From NCBI GenBank assembly GCA_030324005.1, contig JARDVH010000059.1, positions 64,284,390 through 64,348,389 on the forward strand: a DNA stretch of 64,000 nt, written 5' to 3'. Source of the DNA: Negaprion brevirostris (lineage: Eukaryota). Each line of letters opens with the position of its first letter. Positions within the stretch are counted from its first letter, which is position 1. Shown here one piece after another: positions 24,518 through 37,957 of the stretch. The position numbers and the translations under genes were made by a program. Under the pieces are notes generated by a model. That model made no database searches and was not told where the DNA came from. It saw only the letters and a list, made by a program, of their open reading frames with translations.

Positions 24518-25630
24518 CATAAGAACATAAGAACATAAGAAATAGGAGCAGGAGTAGGTCATCTAGCCCTTCGAGCCTGCCCCGCCATTCAATANNNNNN
24601 NNNNNNNNNNNNNNNNNNNNNNNNNNNNNNNNNNNNNNNNNNNNNNNNNNNNNNNNNNNNNNNNNNNNNNNNNNNNNNNNNNNNNNNNNNNNNNNNNNNN
24701 NNNNNNNNNNNNNNNNNNNNNNNNNNNNNNNNNNNNNNNNNNNNNNNNNNNNNNNNNNNNNNNNNNNNNNNNNNNNNNNNNNNNNNNNNNNNNNNNNNNN
24801 NNNNNNNNNNNNNNNNNNNNNNNNNNNNNNNNNNNNNNNNNNNNNNNNNNNNNNNNNNNNNNNNNNNNNNNNNNNNNNNNNNNNNNNNNNNNNNNNNNNN
24901 NNNNNNNNNNNNNNNNNNNNNNNNNNNNNNNNNNNNNNNNNNNNNNNNNNNNNNNNNNNNNNNNNNNNNNNNNNNNNNNNNNNNNNNNNNNNNNNNNNNN
25001 NNNNNNNNNNNNNNNNNNNNNNNNNNNNNNNTACGAATTAGAAGCAGCAGTAGGCTTTTCAGACCTTCAGAACTGCTCTGAAGATAATGGCTAATCTGAT
25101 TGCGGCCTCAACTCCATTTTCCTGCCTACTCCCTATATTCTTTCTCTCTCATGTTAGTCAAAAATCTATTTAACTCTGCCTTAAAAATATTAATTGACCC
25201 TACCTCCACCGCTCTCTGAGAAAGAGAATTCCACAGATGCATGATCCATGAGAGAAAAGATTTTTCCATACCTCCACTTTAAATGGGAAACCCTAGTTCC
25301 AGTCTCTCCCATAGAGAAAATGTCAAGTCCCCTCAGGCTCTGATATGTTTCAATAAGATTACCTCCCAGTCTTCTAAACTCCAATGGATAGAGATCAAAC
25401 CTGCCCAACTTTCCTCCTAAGATAACACCTTCATCCTAGGCATCAGTTGAGTGAACAGTCTATGAATTGCTTTTAATACAATTGTATCATTTCTAAATAA
25501 AGAGACAAAAACTGCACAGTACTCTCAATGTGGTCTTATCAAAGCCCTGTAGCAAAACTTCCCTACTTATATACTCTGTCCTCTTGTATTAAACAGCAAC
25601 AACCATTTGCCTTCCTAATCATTCTTCCCT
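24518..25630 (-). mobile_element. CR1 LINE 3' fragments on both sides of a gap (24595-25031)
   Basis: (aagaacat)n terminal repeat plus gaaataggagcaggagtagg; ORF track LYPLEFRRLGGNLIETYQSLRGLD. Confidence 0.85.
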
Positions 25631-25827
25631 CCCTTAAATTGGATACAAAATTCAATCATGCAATGTTAGCCACTTCCAAGGAGTGTCTTTACTACGAAGT
25701 CATTAATTCATCTTGTCTTATTGCTAATATCAGATCTAGAACAGCCTGCTTTCTGAAATAAGAACAGAAAATGCTGGAAACCTTACCAGGACTGGCCGCA
25801 TTTGTCAAAAGAGAAACAGAATTCATG

Positions 25828-26338
25828 TTTACCATGGCTAACTCATCTTTCCTACACACCTTTGGGCATTAAGGGGCAATTTAGAATGGCCAATCCATCT
25901 AACCTGCCTGGAGGAAATCGTAGCATCCACAGGAAACCCATGCAGACNNNNNNNNNNNNNNNNNNNNNNNNNNNNNNNNNNNNNNNNNNNNNNNNNNNNN
26001 NNNNNNNNNNNNNNNNNNNNNNNNNNNNNNNNNNNNNNNNNNNNNNNCCACTTCAACAGGCAGAGAATTCCAGAGATTCACCACCCTTTGAGTGAAGAAG
26101 TTCCTCCTCAACTCCATTCTAAACCGCTCCCACAGTCCAAGGATGTGCGGGTTAGGTTGATTGGCCATGCTAAGAAATTGCCTCTTAGTGTCCAGGGATG
26201 TGTAGGTTAGAGGGATAATACATAATATCATAATAATATATGTATAATATGGGGTAGGGCCTGGGGTGGGATTGTGTTCGGTGCAGACTTATTGGGACAA
26301 AGGGCCTCTTCCTGCACTGCAGGGTTCTACGATTCTAT
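25828..26338. mobile_element. Mosaic of SINE fragments (- then +) and a short CR1 piece around a gap
   Basis: V-core fragments; FRMELRRNFFTQRVVNLWNSLP (CR1 C-terminus) at about 26048-26125; HE1 tail extending to 26338. Confidence 0.75.
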
Positions 26339-26619
26339 AAAAAACAAATCCTGAGTACTTTTGGGAAAGTTCTAAAATGGTCACTTATCCATTGACATAT
26401 TATCAGGACTGAAGGTTTGCAGGGGGGTAACTAAACTGACAGGAAAAAGAGAAGAAAAAAATTAAGGTGGAGAACGTGACTTTGATAACTGATGAAAGAT
26501 AATGGTACTGCACAAAGTGGTTGCCAGAATAATAATATCCTATGCCCAGAAACTACCATTATAGCACGCACAAAGAAATGGATTCAAGTTTCATGCTGCA
26601 GAAGACTGTTAGTGGATGA

Positions 26620-26875
26620 CATATAGAAACATAGAAAATAGCATTGGCCCTTTGAGCCTGCTCCACAATTCAAAATGACCATGGCTGATCCTCTATCTCC
26701 ATGCCATACTCTCACACTCTCACCATATACCTTGACACTATTAGAGTCTAGAAATCTATCTCTTTCCTTAAATATATTCACTTGACCTCCAAAGCTTTCT
26801 GTGGTAGAGAATTCCATAGGCTCACCACCCTCTAAGTGAAGAGGTTTCTCCTCAGCTCAGTCCTAAATAGCCTAT
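26620..26875 (-). mobile_element. CR1 LINE 3' end
   Basis: catatagaaacatagaaaatag terminus and ggtagagaattccataggctcaccaccctctaagtgaag. Confidence 0.8.
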
Positions 26876-27169
26876 CATGAATCCCCACAGTGCACAAGAG
26901 GCCATTCGGCCCATCGAGCATGCACCAACAATACCACCTAAGACCTAATCTTATAACCCCACGTACTTAGTCTCTCAGAAATTAAGGGGCAATTTAGCCG
27001 GGCCAATCAACCTAGTCCGCACACCTTTGGAGAGTGGGAGGAAACTGGAGCACCTGCAGGAAACCCATGCAGGCACAGGGAATGTGCAAACTACACACAA
27101 TCACCCAAGGCCAGAATTGGACCTAGCTCCGTGGTGCTGTGAAGCAGCAATGTTAACCATTGTGCCACC
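26876..27169 (-). mobile_element. HE1/V-SINE-type SINE
   Basis: Reverse-complement head ggtggcacaatggttaacattgctgcttcacagcacc, with core and CR1-type tail. Confidence 0.85.
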
Positions 27170-27189
27170 TCTTACAGCCATGTCTCTAT

Positions 27190-27990
27190 AAGGATTATTA
27201 GATCAGATATATTTATTTCTATTTGTACTGTCAATTCATTCATTTTGTTCTGAATACAACATATGTTCAGATACAGAGCCTTTAGTTCTGTCTTTTTACT
27301 AATTTGCAATCTCGAGCCCTATCTGAAGGCACGCTTAAACTTGTACTGACTGTCCCTTCCTCCCACACCCTGATCATCATTATCCTTTTGCTATCTTGCT
27401 CTTTTACCGTTTTCTCCCTTTAATTTATCATATCTTCCCTCACTTGACTCCTCTCCCCCATTAATTAGTTTAAAACCTTCTCTACCACCTTAGTAATAAG
27501 ACCTGTCAGAACTTGGACAGCACAGGTGAACACCACTCCAATGCTCCTTAAATTAAAACCCATTTCTCCCACGTTAATCTTGGAGCCATGCATTCAACTC
27601 TTAAATCCTATTTACCTAATGCCAATTTCTCATGGCTCAGGTAACCATCCAGACATAATTACCCTTGAATTTTGCTTTTTAATTCAAACTACTCATACTC
27701 CCTCAACAGAACTTCTTTCCTTGTCTGACCTATGTTATTGGTACCTAAATGGACTATGACAGCATAGTGTTCAGTACGCCACTGCAAGTTCATCTCTGAC
27801 TGAGAACAGATGTTCTGAACCCTGGCACCAGATAGAGAGCAAGTTCTAGATTCTCACTTTATCCTGTCTATCCTCTGTCCCCTACTACCACTTCATTCCT
27901 ATTAACTCCCCTGCTTGAATGATTTCCTATACTACAGTGCCATGGTCAGTTCACTCATCTACCCAGCAGCTCTCATCCATACAACCTGAA
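27190..27990 (-). mobile_element. Probable CR1 internal (ORF1/ORF2 junction) remnant
   Basis: attagtttaaaaccttctctaccaccttagt and ggctcaggtaaccatccagacataattacccttg resemble antisense CR1 ORF1 sequence; heavily decayed. Confidence 0.45.
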
Positions 27991-27999
27991 AGCATCTCA

Positions 28000-28570
28000 A
28001 AATGATTTTACGGGACAGAACTCCTGTTTTGACAAATGTATTAGAGTTTTTTGAGGATGCAACTTATAGGGTAGATAATGGGGAACTGGTAGATGTAGTA
28101 TACCTGAATTTCCAAAAGTAATTTGATCAAATACCACACAAAAGATTATTTTACAAAATAAGGGCTCATGGATTTGGATAACATATTAGCAAGGGTAGAA
28201 AATTGGTTACTCAACAGGAAGCAAGGACTTGGCATAAATCAGGCATTTTCAAGTTAGGTGTGACTTGTGGAGTGCCACAAGGGTCAGTGCTGAACCTCAG
28301 CTATTTACAAACTATATTGACCCTAATGATGATGACAGAGGGTAATGTATCCAGGTTTGTTGATGTTACAAAGAAAATTGGAAATATAAGTTGTGGGAAA
28401 GGCACAGAGATTCTAAATGACATAGCCAGGTTAAATGAATGGGCAACAAGGTGGTAGATGGAGTATAACACAGGAAGTACAAAGCTATTCACTTTGTCAT
28501 AAGANNNNNNNNNNTGTGATGTAACATGCAGGTATAGCAAACAGTTAGGGAGGCAAATGGCATATTGACC
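28000..28570 (+). mobile_element. CR1 LINE RT fragment
   Basis: Translates as LTNVLEFFED..VDNGELVDVVYLNFQK..IPHKRL..CGVPQGSVL..VSRFVDVTK (degenerate FADD). Confidence 0.85.
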
Positions 28571-29124
28571 TTTAAAAAAACATATAAAATAGTGAGACTT
28601 TGAGAAGAGCAGGGCCTTAAACAACGAGACTTCAAGGAGAATGGGCTTAGAAAAACATGAGAAATCAAGAAGAATGTGGCTGGGACTTTCTGTGCCCAAT
28701 CAGGAAGGACATGCTTGATTGCAAGATTGCAAAATATCATGAGAAAGCTCTAGGCATTCTTCCAGTGACTTAAAACCAGGAACCGATTGTTCCCTACCAC
28801 CATCAAATTTTGTGAAAATTTTTATGATGCATTTACATCTCATTATTGTGGCCACATGCCCCATATCAAATTCCATTGGCATGAAAGGAGAATGGTGTGA
28901 TTTACAATTCCTTTTAAAAGATGTGTAGCTGACAACCCAAACTTACAGGGTAACTCAGAGCTCACACAACTCAGCACAGGACTCACTAGGATACCTGACA
29001 GAAATGAAAGGTAGTGACACCGTGGATTCAGGGGACATCACAAGCAAGTCTCCATTACGGCTTCTTTGTGGCTGGCTTTTAATATGGTGTGAACGCAAGG
29101 GCTCCAATGTATGGGGCGTGCAAC

Positions 29125-29293
29125 CTTGCATTAAGTTGATCTTTCTCTACACCCTACAGCTATGACTGTAACACTACATTCCGCACTTTCTCCTTTCCTT
29201 CTCTATGTACAGTATGCTTTTCTGTATAGTGTACAAGAAACAATACTTTTCACTGTATATTAATACGTGTGACAATAATAATTCAAATCAAAA
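29125..29293 (+). mobile_element. 3' end of a Rex1/L2-like LINE
   Basis: Tail caagaaacaatacttttcactgtatattaatacgtgtgacaataataattcaaatcaaa; no coding part is visible. Confidence 0.5.
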
Positions 29294-30411
29294 ACAAGGG
29301 GACCTCAGCACAAGGACTCCAGTGTGTGTGTTACTCAAGGAGAAAGTTGCATCATCTGTGTCCAGCTGTAGAAGTTAAAGTAACACCAAATTCAAAGAAA
29401 AAGCATAGAATTCTGTAAAGATTAGTGGCAGGTCAGAAGATTAGATAGGATTTAAAAACCAGCATAGAACAACTATCAAAATAATAAGGGAGAAATTACA
29501 GACTGAAGGAAAGCCAACCAGAAATATAAAAACAAAGAGTAAGTTTCCAGAAGCATTTAGAAAGTAGTGACTAAAGTAAGTATATCTCATTGAGGGAATG
29601 AGTCTGAGAAATTAAAAATGGGAAACAAAGACATTACAGAAGAGTTGAACAGATAGTTTGTGTCAGTCTTCAATGCATAAGACAAATAAACATCCCTGAA
29701 GGGAACTTTGAACAATTACAATCAGCAGGGAAAAGGTTCTGAGAAACCTATTGGAAGCAATGACTGATGGGTGCCCAGGGCCTGATGGACTTCATCCTAA
29801 GTGACTTTGGAGACAGTGGGTGCATTAGTTGTAATTTTCTAAAATTCCCTAGACTCTGGCAAGGTCCCGTCACATGTGAAAGTACTGAATGTAACTCCTT
29901 GAGTTTCCAGAAAGCAGGAAACTATAGGTCACTTTGCCTAACATCTGTGGTAGAAAAAATGCTTGAATCTATTATTGTTATAGTGGGCACTTAGAAAATC
30001 TTCTCACAATCAGGCAGAGTCAACATGGTTTTGTGAAAAGGAAATCAGGTTTGAATAAGTTAATAGAGTTCTTTGATCAAGTGACAAGCAACGTGGATAA
30101 AGGGGAAACTTGTAGGTGTGGTGCACTTGGATTTCCAAAAGACATTTGAAGAAGAGCTCATGGTGTGGGGCAGGGGAGTGGGGTACCAGGAAGATATCAA
30201 TGTGGATAGAGGATTGGTTAGGTATCGGGAGCAGAGAGTACAGATAAGTTGGTTATTTTTGCATTGGTGAGCTGTAACTAGTGGAGTGCCACAATGATCA
30301 GTACTGGGCCTTCAACTGTTTACAATTGATATCAATGATTTGAATGAAGGGAATAAATGTTCCTAAATTTGCCGATGAGACAAAGATAGGTAGATGAGTA
30401 AGTGTGAAAAG

Positions 30412-30540
30412 GACATAATTTTCCTGTTCTGCCCACCACGGGAATCAAAGCAGGCAGGACATAGACCATGCAAAGGTCCTTTGACCTCAGGCGAGATTTT
30501 CCAATCTTGGGACAAGCGTGGCTGGAAAATCCCACGCAAG
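30412..30540. mobile_element. Harbinger-type MITE inserted in a CR1 copy
   Basis: Ends ataattttcc...ggaaaatccc are imperfect inverted repeats; similar to 61245-61372. Confidence 0.5.
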
Positions 30541-31713
30541 GAGCCTGNNNNNNNNNNGATAAAGATAGGTTAAGTGAGTGGGCTAAAATGTGGAAATATA
30601 GAAAAATGGAAAAATGTGAACTTGTCCAATTTGGCAGAAATAATACTAATTAATGGAGAGGTAGCAGAACTGTATGCTACAGAGGGATCTGGGTGCCCTG
30701 TTATATGAGTTGCAATAAATTAGCAGGTATAGTAAATGATAGGAAGGGAAAAGAACTGTTGCTTATTGCAAGAGGTAGAGAATTTAAAAGTAGTTTTATT
30801 ACAGTTGTAATGATGAGAATTGGTGAGATCATAAATAGATCTTGGAAATCCAAGTACACCGCATTTATAGGTTCCCGCTTCATCCATGTTATTTGTTACT
30901 TGACCAAAGAACTCTAATCATTCAGTCAAACATGACTTCCCTTTCACAAGTGTAGTCATGTTGATTCAACCTGATTTTCTGAAGATTTTTTAGGTGCCTC
31001 ACTAGAACCTCTTAATAATAGATTCAAGCATTTTTCCTATGTATATAGTTTGGTCTCCTTACTTAGGAAAAGACATAATTGCATTAGAAGCAATTCGGAG
31101 AAGGTTCACTCAACTGATTCCTGGGATGAAAGGGTCATCTAACAGGAAAAGTTCAACATGCTTAGCCTGTATCCACTGTAGTTTTAAAGAATGAAAGGTG
31201 ATCTTATAGAATCACATAAGATCTTGAGGGGACTTAACAGGAGATGTTCCCACATCTGGAGGAGACTAGAAATAGGGGACACAGTTTACAATTAAGGGAT
31301 TTCCCATTTAAGACAGACATGAGAAGAAAGTATTTTTCTCAAAGAGTTGCAGGTCTGTGGAATTCTCCCCCGAGAGACAGTGGAGACATGATCATTGAAT
31401 ATTTTAAAGACAGAGTTAGATAGTTCTGTGATTGACAAGGGAGTCAGAGGGTATAGGTGGTGGAGAGGAAAGCAGAGTTAAAACCACAGTCAGATCAGCA
31501 ATGATCTTACCAAGTCATTGAGCAGGCTTAAGGGGCTGAAAGGTCTACTTCAGCTCCTAGTTCAAATGTTCATACTGCAAGTGGATTGGATTACAGGAGT
31601 ACAAATGTTTTGCTACAACTGTACAGGTCTTTGGAATATCTGGAATACTGTGTGCAGTTTTGTTTTATTTAAGGAAGGATATGCTTGCATTGGAGTAAAG
31701 CAAAGCTCCATAG

Positions 31714-32051
31714 TTTTTTAAAAAATTATGGATGGGTGTCACTGGCCAGCCAGCATTTATTGTCCATTCTAAGTTGGCCTTGGAGGGCAGTTGAGAGTCA
31801 ACCACATTGCTGTGGCTCTGGAGTCACATACAGTCAGACCAGGTAAAGATGGCAGATTTCCTTTCCTAAAGGACGTTAGCGAACCAGATGGGTTTTTCCA
31901 ACAATCGACAATGGCTTTATGGCTATCAGATATGTTTTATTGAATTCAAATTCCACCATCTTTCGTGGTTGGATTTGAACCTGAATTACCAGAATGTTAG
32001 CTGAGTTTCTGGATTAATAGTCCAGCGATAATACCACAAGGCCATTGCCTC
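31714..32051 (-). mobile_element. tRNA-headed SINE sharing body and tail with the LINE at 42905-45320, nested in CR1
   Basis: Reverse complement gaggcaatggccttgtggtattatcgctggactattaatccag..ggttcaaatcc (A/B boxes); tail ggacaataaatgctggctggccagtgacaccca. Confidence 0.8.
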
Positions 32052-32450
32052 TGCTAATAATACTAGGCCATCATCTCCCAGGGTTGAGGGGATTGATCTA
32101 TGAGGAGACACTGAGTAAATTAGGCCTAAATCCTCAGGTGGTTAGAAGAATGTGAGATGATATAATTGAAATAGACATGTTTCTGAAGAGGCTTGACAAG
32201 GTAGATACTCAGAGTTTGTTTCCACTGGTGGAAGAATCTAAACCACAGGGCACAGTGTCAGGAAAAGGGGCCAATCATTTATTACTGAGAAATGGAGAAA
32301 TTCCTTCGTTCAGAGGGTTGCGAATCTTTGGAATTCTCCATTCCAAAGAATCAAATACATTTAAGACTGGAATAAACAAACTTTTGTTCTGTTAGGAAAT
32401 CAAGGCATATGGGGAATGGGTGGAAAAATGGAATTGAAGTCCAAGAGCAG

Positions 32451-33550
32451 TGTTACAGTCCCAGCTGGTCTTATGAATGGACAAGTCAAATCCCAGGGAT
32501 AGTATTGCCTAACTTATATTTTTTCTTTAGATACACGTATGGACAAATTCAGAGGACTGCTAATGAACTTTTAACAAAATAATACAACATTCATTAGACA
32601 AGGAAAGATTAACTACAATACACTACTCCTTCATCTCAGCTATACCTTTGGCGATACAAACAGATTTGTAAGGATAACACAAGTTACAAAATCTCTCTTA
32701 AACTCTAAGCTTCTGAGTGAGTACATAAGTCCATCTAAACCAATAGTCAAAATGTGGTCAGACACCCCAATCTCTGAAACCAAGTGACAAGATGCCACCC
32801 AATACAACTTCTGCAGATTTCTCATCGATTTCTCCCAGATACTTGTTGCACTGTAAGCCAACTGGTCATACTGGAATTCTGACTTTTGTAAGAGGATTTC
32901 CAAACTCCACTCTAGGCACTCTTTGGAATCTTCTCCCACACGATGCTTTCTTTTGAATGCCTTCAACATGGATCCACCTCTAGATTTTTCAAGGTCTCCT
33001 CCTGGTATTCTTCTGCCCTGGATCACCACATTCATTCAAGCTTCACCTTCCATAGATTCTCTCAGATACCCAGCCATGCCAACAGAATACCACTGTTTTT
33101 CAGCCCATAGCAATGAGTCCAACCTACTGATTTCCTCAGATTTCTGGCTTCTTGCAAGCTAACTTCAAGTCTGTTTCCTGCAGCTGTCTCCTTAATTCAG
33201 AGCCCTTTCCCTACTCTTTAATTTCCCTGAAAACTTGTTCTTTGTTCTTTTGACTTAACTGTCTTCCTGGGAGATTCTTTTGTCCCTATTATTTGATTTC
33301 TGGGACTTTCTTTTGTTCTTTTCAGAAATCTGCTCTCTGCAGTTCCCTGTCCTGTGTCCAGGAGCTCCTGGCATTAGCTTACAACTGATTCAAAAACTCT
33401 TGTTTCTCAGGGTGGGCCCTTGTTGCTGCAACAACTTATTTTTTCTTTAATTTCTAATTTGTCAGTTTCACCCAGATCTCAAATGTTGTTGGTCGTTCAA
33501 GAGGACCAACTTACAACTCTAATAGTAAGGTAAGTTTTAGTTTTGTAACA
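32451..33550. mobile_element. Probable solo LTR (about 1.1 kb)
   Basis: Bounded by the inverted termini TGTTACA (32451) and TGTAACA (33544-33550), and truncates a CR1 3' end. No clean TSD is visible. Confidence 0.5.
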
Positions 33551-34571
33551 ACACTTTTTTGGTACATCAAGTACTCCACATCTGGCTCCAGGGCAAAGAG
33601 ATTTATTCATCAAAGAGGTTTACTGCTTCACAAGCTGTTCACCGTAGTACAATAATAGAGGTTATATTGAAAACAGAATACAGAGCTATTACCATGTGGG
33701 TATTTAATCACAAGACTCGGAGATGGCTAAAATTAACAAACAGGTCTGGCAGCTCCAGAACAGAGACTGCCACAATGGAGTTGGTACCTGGAGGATGGGA
33801 AAAGTCAATGAGGGAGAAAATCGACTCAACAGAAATCCGACTTTGAAATATTTTACTACTTATCCAAAATTACTAATTGATAGTGCTCTGAGACAATTGT
33901 ATCTTTTGTAATTCCACAATAAAGAAACTGGAAGAAACTGGCATTTTAAGATGAAATTTGACATTGGTAAGGTTTAAGTAGCAGCTGTATTGATGGAGAT
34001 TTAGTTGCAGGGCGGTGTTGGTATTATTATTACACGTATCTCAATCATGAATTCAATTCACCCTTTAGGAATGTGTACAATAATCAACTCTGCTGTTGGA
34101 GTAACAAGTGAGTGCTGAGTTCAAGGTTAGTTGTACCAATGGTACGAGAATGAGAAGGGCAATGTGATGCTGACATTTCCTGAAAGGAAGCTTTTGTTTG
34201 TTTCTTTCTGGAAATGACTTCAGGCTTGGGTTGAATGACAATGAGCCTGACTAGACAATTATTTGTTGTATTTTACTATTTTAATTGCCCCCCAAGCATG
34301 TCATGTCCCAGCTGATTATGAACTTTCAGATGATACTTTCAAATCTTGAAGCAAACAGACTATTAAAATGGCTGCTGAAAATGAAGTGACTTGGCGATAT
34401 CAGCTTCAGACAGCTCTCAGACTCAAGTAAATACTGAATTACATGTGGACATTCACAACTGCATGGGAAATTCACACAATCATCTGAAGATGGAAGGGAC
34501 ATCAACAAAAGAACCAGAGAATTCGAGCCAACTTGTCTTTCTGGTTCATCATGGCACATCAAAATTCACTG

Positions 34572-34850
34572 AGGGGTGATCTTATCGGCTCGTCAACCCA
34601 GTCGATCAGTGTGGCAAGCTGATAAGATCGGCAAGAGATGGAAAACCAAGCTCACGCCTGGCTTCTCACCTTTTGCAATGTTACTGGCCCCAGTCTCCTG
34701 GCAAAATCAGTTTGTGCCCAGGATCAGCAGTGGGTTGGGGGGGAGATCACTCGGAGATCAGGGCACCTGCCCAGTGACACCTCTACAACTCAGCAGCCAG
34801 CTTCCCAGTGAGAATAGGCCCCGCACATCCCCCGACTGCTGAGAATCACA
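34572..34850. mobile_element. Non-autonomous Harbinger-derived element
   Basis: GC-rich, CpG-containing insert starting ggggtgatcttatcgg, resembling the reverse complement of the Harbinger end near 42440-42532. Confidence 0.4.
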
Positions 34851-35131
34851 TTTTCCCCCTTTCTTTTTTCGAAGTACCATACAATTGCATCTGGGAGTTC
34901 ATCCAAAAAATGGATGTGATTCTCTCCCATTTTCACACTCATTTGGAACTTATAATTTTTTTGGTAACATCACTCCCACCATGTTACTTCCCATTGACCG
35001 CCCATTGTATTATGATAGTCTCTTATCTGGTAAGATGAGACTGGGTAAGTTTCAAAGTGTCAAAGTGTCAAATCAGAAACAGGCTGTTTGTTGACTGATT
35101 ACTTACCTTCATTGGAAAAGGATTTTGGTCT

Positions 35132-35697
35132 TGTAACAGATTATGTGGGTGAGTCTGCATATTTGTTGTCTGCTTTTAAAACAGCAAGAATCAGCTCTAC
35201 ACAGAGAGATCATTAAGAAGCCACCAAACCATTCAATTCAGCAGACAAGGTAATAAACAGCAATACCCTGAAAGCGGGAAAAGGATTCTGCCTAAACTGT
35301 TCCAACTTCACCTGAGAACTAACCTCCTGGGAATTGAACTAGAGGCAGTTTCACAGCTCACTGAGAATCCTGTTTACAATAACTTCACTCCAACTAAAAG
35401 CATCAACTCATCTGAGAATCTATAGTCCTGTGATGAAAGAGAGACTGAGACGATTATACATTGTAATCATATTTGCATCTAATCTTTGTGTGAATGATTG
35501 CGTGAGAGAGTCTGGTTAGTGAGACCTTTTTAAAAAAATCTCCAGGCACGTGGAATAATAAAGGAACTCACAAAAGAGTTTGCTGCTGGAATCAGTTATA
35601 CTGGGGCAAAAACTCGGAGGATAAGAAATTACACACACCATACATACAAAACACTGATCACGGAGAGTAAGAAAACCCATAAGTTATGTCCATGACA
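35132..35697 (+). mobile_element. Probable solo LTR
   Basis: Begins TGTAACA, ends ..ATGACA, and contains an internal AATAAA at about 35557. Confidence 0.4.
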
Positions 35698-35949
35698 CGT
35701 CAGGAATTAAGATTGAGGATTTTATGCTGTGGATTTCTGCAATGCCGAGTAAAAACTGATTTTTTTAGGGGAGATTTCTCCTTGTTGGGGCAGAGTTTCT
35801 GACAGGTCTGGTATTCAGCTATCCTTCCATTTTCTTTCCCAATGTACCAATTTTCCTGGTTTAAGTTTCATGAGATTCACACAGCAGATTCTCAACGGTA
35901 TTCCTGCTGACCAGAGGCAGCTTGCCAGTTTGAGCAAGAACATTCCTAC

Positions 35950-36170
35950 AATGAGGTGGCGAAGGTCCTGAAAAGGGCATGAGGGGTAGTGAATTAGCAG
36001 GAAGTTCCAAGTGAAGGCCAAAGATTGGAAATTGCCCAGGAGGTGAACACCAGGAGTGCAGTGTCAGCAGGCGTTAATGCTAGCGGAGTGCACTCCCTGC
36101 AGGAGCATAATGGCAATAGGAGCACAGTGCAGGATGTGGTTTAATGATCCAACCAGATTAGGAAAGGTGA
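35950..36170 (+). pseudogene. Harbinger Myb/SANT gene remnant (older copy)
   Basis: ttggaaattgcccaggaggtgaac..cagtgcaggatgtggtttaatgatccaaccagattaggaaag|gtga gives EIAQEVN..QCRMWFNDPTRLGK followed by a splice donor. Confidence 0.5.
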
Positions 36171-36489
36171 TTACAATTGCACATTCAACTATATCATCCC
36201 AATCCCCTCATTCTGTGTTTTCAAGTTGGCTGCATCACACGACTCGTCACACGTTGTAGGGCCACCCATCTTTCTCACTTTGCAGCCAGCCATCCAGCCT
36301 TGACACTCACCCTCATCCTAACACAATTTCATGCCTCTACTGGTACTCATTATCACTAAATGCACTCAGTCCATTGAGTAAGCACATGTCATTACACTCA
36401 CGCAGAGGCCAATATTTTCCAGCATGAATCTTGCCAGCCCCGCCGATGTGATTGCATTGCAATTGTTGGGCTTCTTTGCTACCAAGAGG

Positions 36490-37018
36490 GTGGCAGCAAC
36501 GAAGCCAGTTCCATGTTTTACGGACGGAGCTTTCACACATTTGTTCAATGTCTTGGAGGACAGAATGGCAACTAACTACCCGCAGGTAGGCAGGACAGCT
36601 TCCAGTTATGTCACCAACCCCGTGTGGAGACAATGGTCGCACTTGTGAGAACCAGCACCTTTCACAAGAGGAAGGAGGTTCAATGGTGGAAGAAAATGAA
36701 TGACCTCCTCTGTACTGTCAGGGTGAGTGATTCTTGTTTTCTCTCACCACACTCTCTCTTCGACACCCCTCACCATGCCACATGGACCCCACATACTGTC
36801 CCCTTTGGGTCCCACATGCACTTCCTCTTCTCCCCGACACACCTCTCCCCACAATTCATTCCTGCTCACACGCAGCACTCACACACACTAGGCAGCATTG
36901 ACCTCTGTTCCAGGATGCAGCCTACTCACAACATCCCCATCTGTCTCCCTGCAGGCTAAGCTTACTCATAACCGCTGCGAGCGAGTGAGCAAAGATGGAT
37001 TGGAGGGGCAGGGGCCGG
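36490..37018 (+). pseudogene. Harbinger Myb/SANT-like DNA-binding gene relic with an intron at 36723-36954
   Basis: KPVPCFTDGAFTHLFNVLEDRMATNYPQVGR..VW/..QWWKKMNDLLCTVR|gtgagt ... ccctgcag|AKLTHNRCER matches the MSANTD/NAIF1-like pattern; frameshifted. Confidence 0.7.
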
Positions 37019-37118
37019 NNNNNNNNNNNNNNNNNNNNNNNNNNNNNNNNNNNNNNNNNNNNNNNNNNNNNNNNNNNNNNNNNNNNNNNNNNNNNNNNNN
37101 NNNNNNNNNNNNNNNNNN

Positions 37119-37548
37119 GTACATCTGTGGACTACGGGAGGAAACCAGAGCACCTGGAGGAAACTCACGCAGACACGGGGAGAATGTGCAAATTCTGCAC
37201 AGACAGTCGATATGAGATTCCACTGCCAGGGACAACATGGCGGCACAATGATTAGCACTGCTGCCTCATGGCTCCAGTGGCCTGGATTCAATTCCCAGCT
37301 TGGGTCAATGTCTGTGTGGAGTTTGCACGCTCTCCCCGTGTCTGTGTAGGTTTCCTCCAGGTGCTCAGGCTTCCTCCCACAGTCCAAAGATGTGCGGGTT
37401 AGGTGCATTGGCCATGTTAAATTGCCCCTTAGTGTCCCGGGATGCGTAGGTTAGAAGGATTAGTGGGGTTATGTAGGGCCTAGGTGGGATTGTGATGGGT
37501 GCAGACTCAATGGGCTGAATGCCCTCGTTCTGCACTGTAGGGTTTCTA
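37119..37548. mobile_element. Two HE1/V-SINE copies head-to-head (fragment 37119-37208 on -, full copy 37229-37548 on +)
   Basis: V core present in both orientations; CR1-type tail ending ctgcactgtagggtttcta. Confidence 0.85.
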
Positions 37549-37957
37549 AACACATTTTATTTTGAGTGAATCAAATGCTTCAGAAAAATAACAGAGAAAG
37601 GATGTCATATAAATGTGTTAAACATCTGGTGATGCTGGTGATGCTGCCCACAGTAACTCAAAGGGAATAGCAGCACAACATGCAGGAAGTATATTTTGCT
37701 AGGATGTTGTGATGGCTGCTAATGCCTTACCCAGTGCTTTGATGGGATTTAACATTTTTCTGCAGTAATGCTGCCAAAACGCCACTGTTGAAACTTTTAT
37801 ATGTGATCCAATATAAAATGGAGAAGATTCAAATAACTACCGTATGCCAGTTTGGAACTGGGTCAACAAAAACAGTTCTTTTGTATTCATGGTTGTTTGA
37901 AACTCAATGACTCATTTCACAGTTCATGCAGGCTGTAGTATTTATTATTTGATAAGT

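Larger units (their letters stand above)
29380..32450 (+). mobile_element. Cluster of CR1 LINE fragments (RT to 3' end, at least two copies, short inverted piece near 30860-31040)
   Basis: QKAGNYRSLCLTSVVEKMLESII, SQHGFVK, aaatttgccgatgagacaaagatagg (KFAD), DRLSEWAKMW..EKCELVQFGR, and LKRLDKVD..LFPLVEES. Confidence 0.85.

Noticed and set aside
33559-33911. Overlapping 95-aa and 62-aa ORFs as a possible exon or retrocopy
   Set aside because: No recognisable family, splice sites or poly(A) remnant.
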